A DNA stretch of 64,000 nucleotides from Eutreptiella sp. 'Long Island Sound 2002' (lineage: Eukaryota; Protista; Euglenida): the NCBI GenBank assembly GCA_964036045.1, contig OZ038378.1, positions 15,314,001 through 15,378,000 of the forward strand, given 5' to 3'. Shown here one piece after another: positions 48,078 through 61,400 of this stretch. Position 1 is the first letter of the stretch. Every line of letters starts with the position of its first letter. The notes beneath the pieces are model-generated. The model was not told the origin of the DNA. It ran no database searches and worked only from the letters and a program-made list of their open reading frames with translations. A program made the translations under genes and the position numbers.

Positions 48078-49134
48078 GTGCTGGTGGTGGTGTGCGGGTG
48101 GGGGATGGTGTTGTCGCCGGGTGTGGACTGTCGGGCTTTAGCCTTTGAGGGTACCGGAGGGGTAAGAAAACCCTCAATGGGGGTGAGACTCGGGGAGTAT
48201 CGGAATCGTGTCCGGTGCAACTGGATGGAGGGCCGGGGGCGGCCTTTCCCCCTTGTGCAAATTTCTGCCGTGATGGTCCTATCCCTGGGTTTTGCACCCA
48301 AGTTGTGGAAAACAGAGGAAAGGATTGCGGAACTTTGGGATCAATGGTAGAGTTGTACCCAAGCCACCGCCCCCCCCCCCCAACACTGCGCTAGCACAGC
48401 CTTGTCAAAGCGTGGCGACCCCGTCTGACCGTTGTGGTGAGGGGGCGGACAGTTTCCATGACATAGTGACACATTCACGTCCTTTCGAGGAGCGACCATT
48501 GCATGCCATGACTAAAGCGGCGGTCTTTTTCCCTTTAGAAGTTTTCGAAAAAGCCTTGGAACCCCCGTTCCTGTTGTGCAGCCCAGTGACTGTTTGTCTG
48601 GTGATGGGTTTTTTTTGACCCCCCCCCTTTAAAATTCTGCAATCTTTCCCACTGTTTTCCACAATTTTTGAATTTCCATTTCTCCGCCCCCCCCCCCCCC
48701 CCACCGTACCTCCAGGCAACGGCCGGGCGTGTCCCTCCCCAAGGAAGGACATGGGTGTGGACCGAGGCCCATGCCAGGACAGGACAGGACCCCTCCCCCC
48801 AACACGGGGACCCAGACCCAGGGGAGGGCCGGACATAGGCTAACTGTGGGGTGTGGCTCACCGCAACAGGCCGTGGGCACAGGGACACACAACCACCAAC
48901 TTACAGGACACGCCGGGGCGACACCTGCCCGGGGCCCGAGAGAAAACTCATCTGGCAACACTGGGATACAGTGAGCCAGTACATGGACAAATCAACACAC
49001 ACCAGCGACGATCAACCAAACAACGACGCGACACACATCAGAGTATACCGGAGATGGCAAAAGACAAAGCCCAGCAGTTCCCCCCCTCACCGTCCTGCGC
49101 GGTGGATACGCCGTCAACATGTGGCATAGGGGGG

Positions 49135-52100
49135 AATGCAAGTCACAGAGCGCCTGCATGGCGCACAGATGCTCCTCACAGAGCACCTGCATGGCGCACA
49201 GATGCGAGTCACAGAGCGCCTGCATGGCACACAGATACTAGTCACAGAGCGCCTGCGTGGCGCACAGCAGCGAGTCACAAGCGAGTCACAGAGCGCCTGC
49301 ATGGCGCATGGATGCGCGTCACGGAGCGCTTGCATGGCGCACAGATGCCAAGTCACAGGGCACCTGCATGGCGAAACGATGCAAGTCACAGAGCGCTAGC
49401 ATGACACACAGATGCAAGTCACAGAGCACCTTGCATGGCACACAGATGCGGGTCACAGAGCGTCTGCATGGCGCACAGCTGAGAGCCCCGCAGTGCCTAC
49501 ATGGCGCATCAGAAACACATCATAGAGCACACAAAGCGCTTGCATGGCGCACAGGTGCAAATTACGGAGCACCTGCGTTTGCAACCGTGGTGTTGTCACG
49601 GCATTTGGAGATATCCCCCCCTTCTTTCCTTGTTTATAGTCTGTCCGGGAGGTGCACTTCGACCCTTGGCTCCGGCTTCCCATGCGGCGACCCTCCCTTG
49701 CTGGGGCGATCCTGATTTGTGGAGGGGAGCGCCCCGGCCACATGACAGGTTCCCCCAAGAGAGCCGGTCCTTCCATCCTGTGTGGTGCACAAGATGCGAG
49801 TTGCAGAGTGCTTGCATGGCAAAAAGATTCGAGTCACAAGGCGCCTGCATGGCGCACAATGGCGCACAGATGCGAGTCACAGAGCGCGTGCATGGCGCAC
49901 AGATGCTACTCACAGAGCGCCCGCATGGCGCACAGATGCTAGTCACAGAGCGCCTGCATGGTGCACAAATGCGAGTCACAGAGTGCCTGCTGAGCGCACA
50001 GATGCGAGTCACAGAGCGCCTGCGTAGTGCACAGATGTGAGTCACAGAGCGCTTGCGTGGCGCACAGATGCGAGTCACAGGACGCCTCCATGGTGCACAG
50101 ATGCAAGTCACAGAGCGCGTGCATGGCACACAGATGCGAGTCACAGAGCGCCTGCATGACACACAGATGCTAGTCACAGAGTGCCTGCTGAGCGCACAGA
50201 CGCGAGTCACAGAGCGTCTGCAGGGCGCACAGATGCGCGTCACAGAGCACGTGCTTGGCACAAAGATGCGAGTCACAGCGTGCCTGCATGGCGCACAGGA
50301 CCGGGTCACAGAGCGCCCGCATGGCGCACACATATAGGCCACAGAGCGCGTGCATGGCACGAAGATGCGAGTCACAGAGCGCTTGCATAGCGCATAGATG
50401 AGAGTCACAAAGCGCGTGCACGGCACACAGATGCGCTTTGCAGGCCGCTTGCATGGCGCGCAGATGTGAGTCATAGAGCGCCTGCATGATGCACGGGTGC
50501 GAGTCACAGGATGTCTGCATGGCGCACTAATGCGCTTCACCGAGCGTGTGCATGGCACACAGATGCAAGTCACAGTATGCCTGCATTGCGCACAAGTGCA
50601 GGTCACAGAGCTCCTGCATGGCGTACAGATGCGCTTCATACAACGCCTGCATGGCACACAGAGGTGAGTCACAGGGCGCCTACAAGGCGCACACAGGCGA
50701 GTCACAATGCGCCTGCGTGGCACACAGATGCTGCTCACAGAGCGCCTGCAAGGCACACAGATGCGAGTCGCACACCATCTGCCTGGCGCACAAATGCAAG
50801 TCACACCGTGCCTACAGGGCACACGGATACGAGTTACAGAGCGCCTACATGGCACACACATGCAAGTCACGGAGCGCCTACATGGCGTACTGATGCACTT
50901 CACTGAGCGCGTGCATGGCACGCAGATGCCAGTCACAAGGTGCACGCAAGACACACATATTTAAGTCACAGGGCGCCTACATGGCGCACAGTTGTGGGTC
51001 ACAGAGCGCCTGCATGCGACACAAATGCAAGTCTCACAGCGACTGCATAGCGCACAGACACGAGGCACATAGTGCCTGCATGGTGCACAGATGCAAGTCA
51101 CAGAGCACTTGCATGGTGTGCGGATGTAGCTCCACGGAGCACCTACATGGCACACAAATGCTAGTCACCGAGCGCCTGCATGGCGCACAGATGCGAGTCA
51201 CAGAGCGCATGCAGGGCACACAGATGCAAGTCACAGGGCGGCTACATGGCGAATAGCTACAAGTCACAGAGCGCCTACTTGGCGCAATTATGCGAGTCAT
51301 AGAGCGCCTGCATGGCGCACATCTGCGGGTCATAGAGTGGCCGCATGGCGCACACATGTGAGTCACAATGCGCCTACATGGTGCACAGATGCGAGTCACA
51401 GAGCGCCTGCATGGCACAAAGATACGAGTCACAGAACGCCTGCGTTGCGCACAGATGCGAGCTGCATGGCGCACATATGCGAGCCATAGAGCGCCTGCAT
51501 GGCGCACAGAGGCGAGTCACGGAGCGCCTGCATGGCACACATCTGCGGGTCATAGAGTGCCCGCATGGCGCACACATGTGAGTCACAATGCGCCTGCATG
51601 GCGCACAGATGCGAGTCACAGAGCGCCTGCACGGCGCACAAACGCAAGTCACAGAGCGCCCGCATGGCATGCGAATGCGCTTCACAGAGCGCCTGCATGG
51701 CGCCCGGATGTGAGCGCAGAGTGCCTGCATGGCGCACAGAGGCGAGTCACAGAGCGTCTGCATGGCGCACAGATTCAAGTCACATAGCACGTGCATGGTG
51801 TACGGATCTCCTCCGTGGAACGCCTGCATGGTGTACAGGTGCTACTTAGAGCGTCCGCAAGGGTCACTGAGGCGAGTCACAGAGCACCTGCCTGGCGCAG
51901 AGATGCAAGTCACACCGCGCCTGCACGGCGCACGGGTGCGAGTCACAAGGTGCCTGCATGGCGCACAAATGCACGTCACGGAGCGCCTGCATGGCGCACG
52001 GATGCAAGTTACGGAGCGCCTGCATGGCGCAATGATGCACTTCACAGAGCGCCTGCATGGCGCACACATGCCAGTCACAGGGTGCATGCAAGGCACACAG

Positions 52101-55100
52101 AGGCGAGCCACAAAGCGCTTGCATGGCGCATAGATGCTACTCACAGAGCGCCTGCCAGGTGCACAGAGGCGAGTCACAGAGCACCTGCCTGGCGCACAGA
52201 TGCAAGTCACGGGGCGCCTGCATTGCGCAATGGTGCACTTCACAAAGCGCCTGCATGGCACGCAGATGCCAGTCACAGGGCGCATGCAAGGCATAGAGAT
52301 TCAAGTCACAGGGCGCCTACATGGTGCACAGTAGTGGGTCACAGAGCGCCTGCATGCCACATTGATGCAAGTCTCAGAGCGACTGCATTACGCACCGATG
52401 CGAGGCACAGAGCGCCTGCATGGCACACAGATGCGAGTCACAGAGCACCTGCATGGTGTATGGATGCACTTCATAGAGCGCCTGCGTGGCACACAGATGC
52501 TACTCATAGAGCGCCTCAATGACGCACAAATGCGAGTCGCAGAGCCCTTGCATGATGCACAAATGCAAGTCACCGAGCACCTGCATGGCGCGCAGCTGCG
52601 AGTCACAGAGCGCCTACAAGGTACACGGATGAACTTCACAGAGCGCCTACATGGCGCACAGATTCTACTCATAGAGCACCTGCATGGTGTACGGATGTGC
52701 TCTATGGAGTGCCTACATGTTGCACAGATGCGGGCCAGAGAGCGCCTGCATGCCACACAGATGCAAGTCTCAGAGCGACTGCATGGCGCACAGATGCGAG
52801 GCACATAGCGTCTGCATGGTGCAGAGATGCAAGTCACAGAGCACTTGCATGGCGTATGGATGCGCTTCACAGCGCGCCTCCATTGCACGCAGATGCTACT
52901 CACAGAGCGCCTGAATGGCGCACACATGCAAGTCACAGAGCCCCTGCATGGCACATAGATGCAAGTCACCGAGCGCCTGCATGGCGTGCAGATGCTAGTC
53001 ACCGAGCGCCTACAGGGTACACAGATGAGCTTCACAGAGCGCCTGCATGCTGCACAAAGCACCTGCATGGTGTACGGATGTGCTCCACGGAGCTCCTACA
53101 TGTTGCACAGATGCAGGCCACAGAGCGCCTGCATGGCGAGCAGATGCTACTCGCGGACCGCTTGCATGGCGAGCAGATGCTACTCGCGGACCGCTTGCAT
53201 GGCGCACCGATGCAAGTCACAGAGCGCCGGCAGGGCGTACAGATGCAAGTCACAAAGGGTCTGCATGGCGCACGGATACCAGTCACAAAGCGTCTGCATG
53301 GCTCACAGAGGCAAGTCACAGAGCGCCTGCATGGCGCACAGAAGCGCGTCACAAAGCGCGTGCATGGTGCATAGCGCCGTGTCCCACAGCGCCTGTAGGA
53401 CACAAAGATACGAGTCATAGAGCACCCGCGTGGCGCACAGATGTGAGTCACAGGGCGCCTACATGGCACGCGGATGAGCTTCACATAGCGCCTGCATGGC
53501 GCACGCATGCGAGCCACAGAGCGCCAGCAGGGCGCACGGATGCAGGTCATAGAGTGCCTGCATGGCGCACAAATGCGAGCCACAGACCGCTCGCATGGCG
53601 CACACATGTGAGTCACCATGCGCATGCTTGGCTCACGGATGCGCGTCACAGAGAGCCTGCATGGCACACAGATGCGAGTCACAAAGCGCATGCATGGCGC
53701 GCAGATGCGAGTCACAGAGCGCCTGCATGGCACACAGGTGTGGGTCACAGAGCGCCTGCATGGCACACGATGCGAGTCACAGAGCGCATGCATGGCACAC
53801 AGATGCGACTCACAGAGCGCCTGCATGGCACAAGGCTGCAAGTCACAGAGCGCCTGCATGGCACACAAATTCTACTCACAGAGCACCCGCAGGGTGTACG
53901 GATGTGCTCCACGGAGCCCCTACATGGCGCAAAGATGCGGGCCACAGAGCGCCTGCATGCCACACAGATGCAAGTCTCAGAGCGACTGCATAGCGCACAT
54001 ATGCGAGGCACATAGCGCCTGCATGGTGCACAGACGCAAGTCACAGAGCACTTGCATGGCGTATGGATGCGCTTCACAGAGTGCCTCCACTGCACGCAGA
54101 TGCTACTCATAGAGTGCCTGAATGGCGCGCAGATGCGAGTCATAGAGCCCATGCATGACGCATAGATGCAAGTCACCGAGCGCCTGCATGGTGTGCAGAT
54201 GCTAGTCAGAGAGTACCTACATGGTACACAGATGGGCTTCACAGAGCGCCTGCATGGTGCACAGATGCAAGTCACACAACACCTGCATGGTGTACGGATG
54301 CGCCCCACAAAGCGCCTACATGATGCAGAGATTAAGGCCACAGAGCGCCCGCATGGCGCGCAGATGCTACTCACAGAGCGCCTGCATGGCGCACCGAGGC
54401 AAGTCACAGAGCGCCGGCAGGGCGTACAGATGCAAGTCACAGAGGGCCTGCATGGTGCACAGAAGCGCGTCACAAAGCGCGTGCATTGCACACACATGCG
54501 AGCCACAGAGCGCCGGCAGGGCGCACGGATGCGGTTCACAGAGTGCCCGCATGGGGCACAAATGCGGGCCACAGACCGCTCGCATGGCGCACAGATGTGA
54601 GTCACCATGCGCCTGCATGGCGCACGGATGCGCGTCACAGAGAGCCTGCATGGCGCACGGATGCGCGTCACAGAGAGCCTGCATGGCGCACAAATGCGAG
54701 TCACAAAGCGCCTGCATGGTGCACAGGTGCGAATCACAGAGCACCTGCATAAGGCATATATGCGAGTCACAAGGCGCCTGCATGGCACACGATGCGAGTC
54801 ACACAGCGCCTGCATGGCGTACAGACGCGAGTTTCAGAGCACCTACATGGCGCACAGATGCGTGTCACAAAGTGCCTGCATAGCACACAGGTGTGGGTCA
54901 CAGAACGCCTGCATGGCACACGCATGGCACACAGATGCGAGTCACAGAGCGCCTGCATGGCACACTGATGCGAGTCACACCGCGCCTGCATGGCACAAGG
55001 CTGCAAGTCACAGAGCGCCTGCATGGCGCACAGATTCTCCTTACAGAGCACCTGCATGGTGTACGGATGTGCTCTATGGAGCGCCCACATGTTGCACAGA

Positions 55101-56035
55101 TGCGAGGCAAAGAGTGCCTGCATGGTGCACAGATGCAAGTCACAGAGCACTTGCATGGCGTATGGTTGCGCTTCATGGAGCGCGTGCACAGCACGCAGAT
55201 GCTACTCATAGAGTGCCTGAATGGCGCACACATGCGAGTCACAGAGCCCTTGCATGGCGCACAGATGCAAGTCACCGAGCGCCTGCATGGCGCGCAGATG
55301 CTAGTCACAGAGTGCGTACAGGGTACACAAATGAGCTTCACAGAGCGCCTGCATGGTGCACAAATGCAAGTCACACAACACCTGCATGGTGTACGGATGT
55401 GCTCCACGGAGCGCCTAGATGTTGCACAGATGCGTGCCACAGAGCGCCTGCATGGCGCGCAGATGCTACTCACAGAGCGCCTGCATGGCGCCCTGATGCA
55501 AGTGACACAGCGCCCGAAGGGCGTACAAATGCAAGTCACAGAGGGGTTGAGGGCCTGCATGGCGCACGGATACCAGTCACAGAGCGCCTGCATGGTGCAC
55601 AGAAGCGCGTCACAAAGCGCGTGCATGGCGCACAGATGCGTGTCACAAAGCGCCTACAGGGCACAAAGATACGAGTCACAGAGCACCCGCGTGGCGCACA
55701 GGTGCGAGTCACAGGGCGCCTACACGGCACGCGGATGAGCTTCACATAGCGCGTGCATGGCGCACACATGCGAGCCACAGAGCGCCAGCAGGGCGCACAG
55801 ATGCGAGTCACAAAGCGCCCGCATGACGCGCAGATGCCAGTCACAGAGCGCCTGCATGGCGTGCAGACACGAGTCACAGAGCGCCTACATGGCGCACAGA
55901 TGCGTGTCACAGAGCGCCTGCATAGAACACAGTTATGGGCCACAGAGCGCCTGCATGGCACACAAATGCGAGTCATGGAGCGCCCGCATGGCACACAGAT
56001 GCGAGTTTTAAACGCCTGCATGGCGCACAACTGTG
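49135..56035. repeat. ~6.9-kb 33-bp minisatellite (~200 units) in intron 3 of the SSD gene
   Basis: Consensus CACAGAGCGCCTGCATGGCGCACAGATGCGAGT, with recurring variant monomers. Confidence 0.97.
49585..49785. mobile_element. ~200-bp non-repeat insertion interrupting the minisatellite
   Basis: The 33-bp periodicity is lost at ~49585 and resumes at ~49785. Confidence 0.6.
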
Positions 56036-56831
56036 AGGTCAGCTCTTGGGGGGGGTACACGTGCATCTTCTAGCTGCGAGGGAACAGTAGTGTGCAATTT
56101 CTGTTGGTGTGAGAGCTGGGAAGACCCGCACAATGCCCCCCCTACATTTTACGGCGCTAACGATTATTCACCCCAGTGTGCACACCTTTTTGCATTGCTA
56201 TCGCTGCTGTTTCATTCGCATGCCCATCATTGTGTGATGTGCGAGCAAGCTCAACCCTCAACTGTATTATAGCTTCCCTATGCGGCAAAGTAACCCGGCC
56301 CATGATTCGCATGCATTTGCTTGGGGTAATTGGGACATTGCTGAGGAAGGCTATCCGTTTGATATGGTGGCAGAGTACTGGGCTGCTGTGTGCAATTGGC
56401 GGTGTCCAAGGTCAGAGAATGGAAGGAAGGTGAACTACAACAAGGGCACCCAAATTTCCTCCTCCAATACATTGCTTGGCATCTCTGCCTGATGGTGTTG
56501 CTGAACTTCTTTGTGATGAAGAAGCTGTGCAGCTTGATGACAGCACCACATCCAGTAGTAGTAGCCACAGTGTCATGGGCTTACAATCAAAGTAACATCA
56601 TAATTACAATACTGCCAATTTTCTGTAGAATTCTTTCTTTGGGCTTTTTTTTGTGGGGGGGGGGGGGCTGGTATAGGGTATAGGTAGGTAGGGTACAGGG
56701 GGTACCCACACCCTGCATGTATCCTTGCTGTGCCTTGTGGCGGATGCTTTCGGTGGCAATTGCACCTGCTCAAGTGCCTTTGTCAGTGCTATGTTTTCCA
56801 AGCCGACCATTATCCCCACCCACGCTCTCAG

Positions 56832-56981
56832 GAGGGCTATTCGGTCATGGAACGTATAGTCTTCAACAAGGTAGCGCCGTGTATCTACCGTCTCCGGTTC
56901 CTGCTCGCGGTGGTTTTCATACTGGCTTTCTCTCTGAGCTGGGCGTATGTGCCTTCCAAAATTGCAGCTGAGCAGGACGAG
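56832..56981 (+). CDS. Dispatched/Patched-like protein, exon 4 (TM7)
   Basis: EGYSVMERIVFNKVAPCIYRLRFLLAVVFILAFSLSWAYV matches the ER.f....aP.i.r.R..i pre-TM7 pattern. CAG/GT boundaries, phase 0. Confidence 0.8.
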
Positions 56982-57155
56982 GTGACCTCTCTCCCATTTC
57001 TCCCTCCTTGCCTATGCTCCACATGCAACCTACGACTGACGGTCTGATGCATGAGGTCAACATGGTTCAGCTCACTCGCCACCTCCGCCCTGCCCCGTGC
57101 ATCTCCTCCACTTAAGGAAGGGGATCAAGTGCCAAATGCTCGACACGAAGGGCGG

Positions 57156-57449
57156 CCCTTAAGGCGCCTTCTGTTTTTAGGACCAGCTTGCACAAGGGGA
57201 GTGAGGGTCCGCTCAGGGGATGTGGCCGCACGGGGGCACCCGGTCGCCGCATAGAGGCAGTATGCCATTGCACATGGGCCATGCGGCTGCATGGGGGCAG
57301 TATGTGACTGCACAGGGGAAGGGGCAACTGCACAGGGATCGCATGCGGCTGCACAGGGGCACAGGGGAGTGACTGGGGCAGCATGTGACTGCACAAGGCA
57401 CAAGGCAGACACAAATTTGTTCACATGGGTTCCTGAGGCGCCTTAAGGG
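57156..57449. mobile_element. Small element with 14-bp inverted ends enclosing a GACTGCACAGGGG-type minisatellite
   Basis: CCCTTAAGGCGCCT (57156-57169) and AGGCGCCTTAAGGG (57436-57449). No TSD seen. Confidence 0.45.
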
Positions 57450-57900
57450 TGCTCCTTGATACTCTGTCAATGTGGTTGTCCGCTAAGAGCGCATACTACT
57501 CTTGAACGTGTAATTGAAACCCTAGGTTTAAAGTACGGGCCGGAGCCGCTGCTTGGCCGGGAGTAGAGCCGATGGTTTCGAACACTCCCCAACACCCCAA
57601 GGTTGAGGCTTCCAGCCAGATTGACGTCAATGGGTGCACCACGCCTGGTTATGCATTACCTATTGGCGAGAGGGTGCTGACAAGTAGGATCAATGCCCCC
57701 AAATCAGGCTTGTGCTCCATTGGAAACATTGGACCCCCCCCCCCCCCGGCCCCTGGCCGCGAGTCGAGGGGAAAATCAAATTTTGTAGAAGAAAATTTTC
57801 TTGAGCTCTGTTTGAGCTTCTGAGTTCCCCAACTCCACCCGCTCCTGCCCATTCAAGCACAAGCCTCCCCGAGACACCTGCCACTCTCGGGCTGTGTCAG

Positions 57901-58404
57901 GTGCAGCTGCTGACGGACGACTCCACATACGAGACATACAAGTCCTGGTCCAACCATTTCTTTGGCGGCGAGCGCGTGTGCGATACGTGCGGCCCCTTCT
58001 TCCAGCCCTCGCACCACTTCCCGGAGGGGTGCCAATACGCCCCCCTGGAGTGGCGCATGCACGCGCACGTCGACCGGTGCGGCATCTGCGGCGGCAACAA
58101 CGCATGTTTCCGTTGCAACGGTACGGACTGCCCGCCTATCAACGGGGCGTGCAACAGCACCGACGGCCGGGGCACCTGTCGCTGCCCTCTCGTCCATAAC
58201 GACAACGTCAATTACCGGCGTCGCAAGTGTGCCCGGGAGTACGAGACATGCCAGTGCCCCGGAGCGCGCGTCCGGTTCGGCCTTGACTACGGCGAGGGCG
58301 TCGTCCGGACGGTGAATGACAGCATCGAGTGCACCGCCTCCGCTTTTGGGGTTGATCCGGCGCCAGGAAAGGCCAAGTCGTGCTACTGCTATGAAACCTA
58401 TTCG
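57901..58404 (+). CDS. Dispatched/Patched-like protein, exon 5 (luminal Cys-rich insert: DxCGxCGG repeat, EGF-like, DPAPG-type module)
   Basis: DRCGICGGNNAC; CPPINGAC...CRCP; CAREYETCQCPGARVRFG...IECTASAFGVDPAPGKAKSCYC. CAG acceptor and GTATGT donor, phase 0. Confidence 0.8.
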
Positions 58405-61400
58405 GTATGTGGCAGGCATCACTGCTGTCGCACAGGAGGTCGCACTCGCGACTCACGTGGCATTCTGTCACACCAATCACTGCAAAATGCGCCATCTCTT
58501 CATTGATCAGGAGGCAAGGTTTTGCTTGGTGTGTGGCCCACCGGTGCGGGGGGGGGGGGGGGTGCCTTGGGGGGTTTTCGGAATTGCGGGGCTGCGGGTC
58601 CGATAGCCTCCCCCCCCCCTGGGGTGGACCGTATCCAGGGTACCCCTGAATCCCTTCAAGCCCTGTGCAATGCTCGTGCTTGTGCGTTGCGCCAGTGGTT
58701 GGGTGAGTGGGTTAACGGGTGGGTGGATCCGTGGGGTCAAACAGCCCCCCCCCCCCCCCCGGGTGGTGTCGTACCCCTGTCTTGGGTTTCCTAAAATTCT
58801 GCTTTTGTGGATTTGCCAGCCCACGCCTTCCCCCCCCCGCCGTGGCTATCAGGAGGCACATCATGCGGTATTGCACGGATGAGCCATTTTCTCGTGCCGC
58901 ACATGGGGTGGACGTTGTTCAGCCGGGTTTGTCTCCTTCAATGCAATGATCTTCACACGGGGTTTTCGTGCTGCTACCATAGGGCTGAGGCCTTGACACC
59001 AAACCTGTCCCATCTCAAAATCGTTTCCGAGTGCGAGGGGGTCCCATATAATAGAGGAGTTTTACTATATTGTGGGAGGGCTGCTCCTCCTCATTGTCAG
59101 TATCACTGGGCATTATATCGAACAGCTGGAAGGTTGGATTTTGACCCTAGGACCCCAATTCACAGCCCTCCAACCCCAGTAGTGAAAACATGGTCAGGAT
59201 TGTTAGCAAGGTTTTCAGGATTTTCTTCGTGGAGCAGACCACTGGTTTCAATTGGCTTGGATGTTTCTCCCCATAATCAAATGATCAAACACATCCAATT
59301 GAGCTATTCTGGACCATACTTTGTTGCACTCATACTCCGCAATTCCAATTGTTTGGTTGAAGGTACCCATTTTCAGCCCACATTGCAGGCAAGGTTGTCA
59401 TTATTTGTCATAATTGTTCGCACATCTCAAACACCACGATCCTGGGCCCTCAAATTCATCAGCACACAAAACATGACAAAGAACACATTCCGATTGAGGT
59501 TTCTGAATAATGGTCCCGAGATATGGGCAGTTTAATTGTGAAAACCAGGGCCGATGAAAATTGATCTGGCCGAGGGTGGACCTCCGAGCCCTTTTTCTGG
59601 ACCGCCCCTCTTATCAGGCTCGTAGGTCCAGGAGGGCACGCAGGATCAAAAAAACGTGCAAATACCACTCAGCGTCTCATTTGTGGCGTTGTGGCAGGTC
59701 GCTACCGGCCATTTTCATCACATTCACCACAAAGTGTGGTGGTGTGCTTTTGGAAGCACAATGCACAAACGTTAACCTCATGCATTCCATATCTTGCATA
59801 AAGGGGTTGACAGACCGGCAACTAAAACTGAAACGGAAACGGCTACAAAACCTCTGTTTTCTTGGGGTCTCCAACACAGAGAGTTACAACATGGGATAGA
59901 GAGGAATCAAAGTGGCTACATAGCCTTTGGTTGCTATTTCAACCTAAAAAGATTCCAGGCCCACTAACGTTCCCCCTAACCCCCTATCAAGACAGTGACC
60001 TCCTTCTTCGGCTCCCATCGCTCTTGGACAAGGGCATTATAGTGGTCACAACCCAGAGGAGCATGCATACACCAAAAACAATGCAAAATGCTCCGCATTC
60101 CAAAAACGCCTATCATTTTTCAATGGGCACCGAAAAAACAAAGAAATACAGGGCGAATAGTGAGGTTTGCCAAAATATCATGAAGGACTCGAGCACATAA
60201 GTCGTTGAAACGACAACGCAAGATCACCCAAGCCCAACCCAATCACCCCGAAGTAAACTGGGTATAAATGAGACCATAGACACATACAAACCAAAAAATG
60301 CGTGACCTCAAACTTAAATAGTGCACAAGACACATAAAAATTTGGATCTTCCAAAACCCCATTCTACCCCCCCCCCCTCCCTTGTATTTTCAGGGGCCGG
60401 AAGGGCCTCCCCCGTCCCCGCTGCAATGTGCACCCTGCCCTAGCCTTTTCAGATAACCCCCCCCCAAGCTAAAAGAAAGACCTGCAGTCCCTTGTGCACA
60501 CACTAACCCAAGTGTGCAGAAGCACAAGAAGGATGTGATGATAAGAAGAAGGATGTGGAGTGGGGGAAGCAAGACCCAAAGAGGGTATGGTGGATTGATA
60601 GTGTGGAGGAGTTTGTGCAGCTGGTATGATATGAAGAAAGGTACCCCCCCCTCCCCCTTGTGTAAGCTACGCCCTTGTCCAAGCTACAGTAGGGGCTGTA
60701 ATAATTTTATATGTACGAAAGATAGTGCGGCCACATAAAACATGGGTTTGTCGGTGCATTTGCCAATTTCAGCACATGTGGCCCCCTGCTGGTGCACTAG
60801 GATTTTTTTTTTCCAGTCTGATGCATCCCATAGGTCCTGAATTGCCAATTTCAGCACATGTGGCCTGCACACGTATGTGTCAGCAGTTGTATGTGTTGCG
60901 CGCAGGCCGCGCCCCTGTCCAAGCTACAGTAGGCGTAGGGACCGTAATAATTGTGTACATTGGCGTAGCTTATACAAGGGGGGGGGGTAGGTGGGGCAAT
61001 GTAAAGCCACAGCAGAAGGGGGCAGTTTTGTGGCACTACACCCAAATATGGATCAAAACTACGTTACCTACCACCCGTGTACTAGAAGCAATAGAAGAGA
61101 CCTAGCAATGGGAAGAGAATTTGGATATGGAGGAAAGAAGGAACTAAGGGTTGGAAAGGATGGATGGAGGTATGAACCAAAGGGGAAGGGCCATCAAGCG
61201 GAAAGTTGGAATAAGCAAGAAGTCAAGGAGATGGTGCAAGTGGGGGGGGTCCATTGACAAGGGGGAGACAGGGGCAAGGGATAATTCTTAGTTCTAGGTT
61301 GGGGGTCCATTGACATTGGGTGGTGGTGGTGGGGGTGGGTGGCATGACACGTGCGTGCATTGCCGCCTAAAGCTGGTGGTGCCTATTGGGCTCTCGCCAC

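Noticed and set aside
49135-56035. CRISPR-like array
   Set aside because: No unique spacers, monomers are contiguous and diverged, context is eukaryotic, and no cas genes are present.
49114-56073. Many long ORFs (up to 452 aa) of CAPCRRSVTRI, TERLHGAQMRV and similar repeats
   Set aside because: The 33-bp unit is a multiple of 3 and five of six consensus frames are open. The longest ORFs are in the frame whose codons cannot become stops by transitions, so length does not imply selection. The array also lies within an intron.
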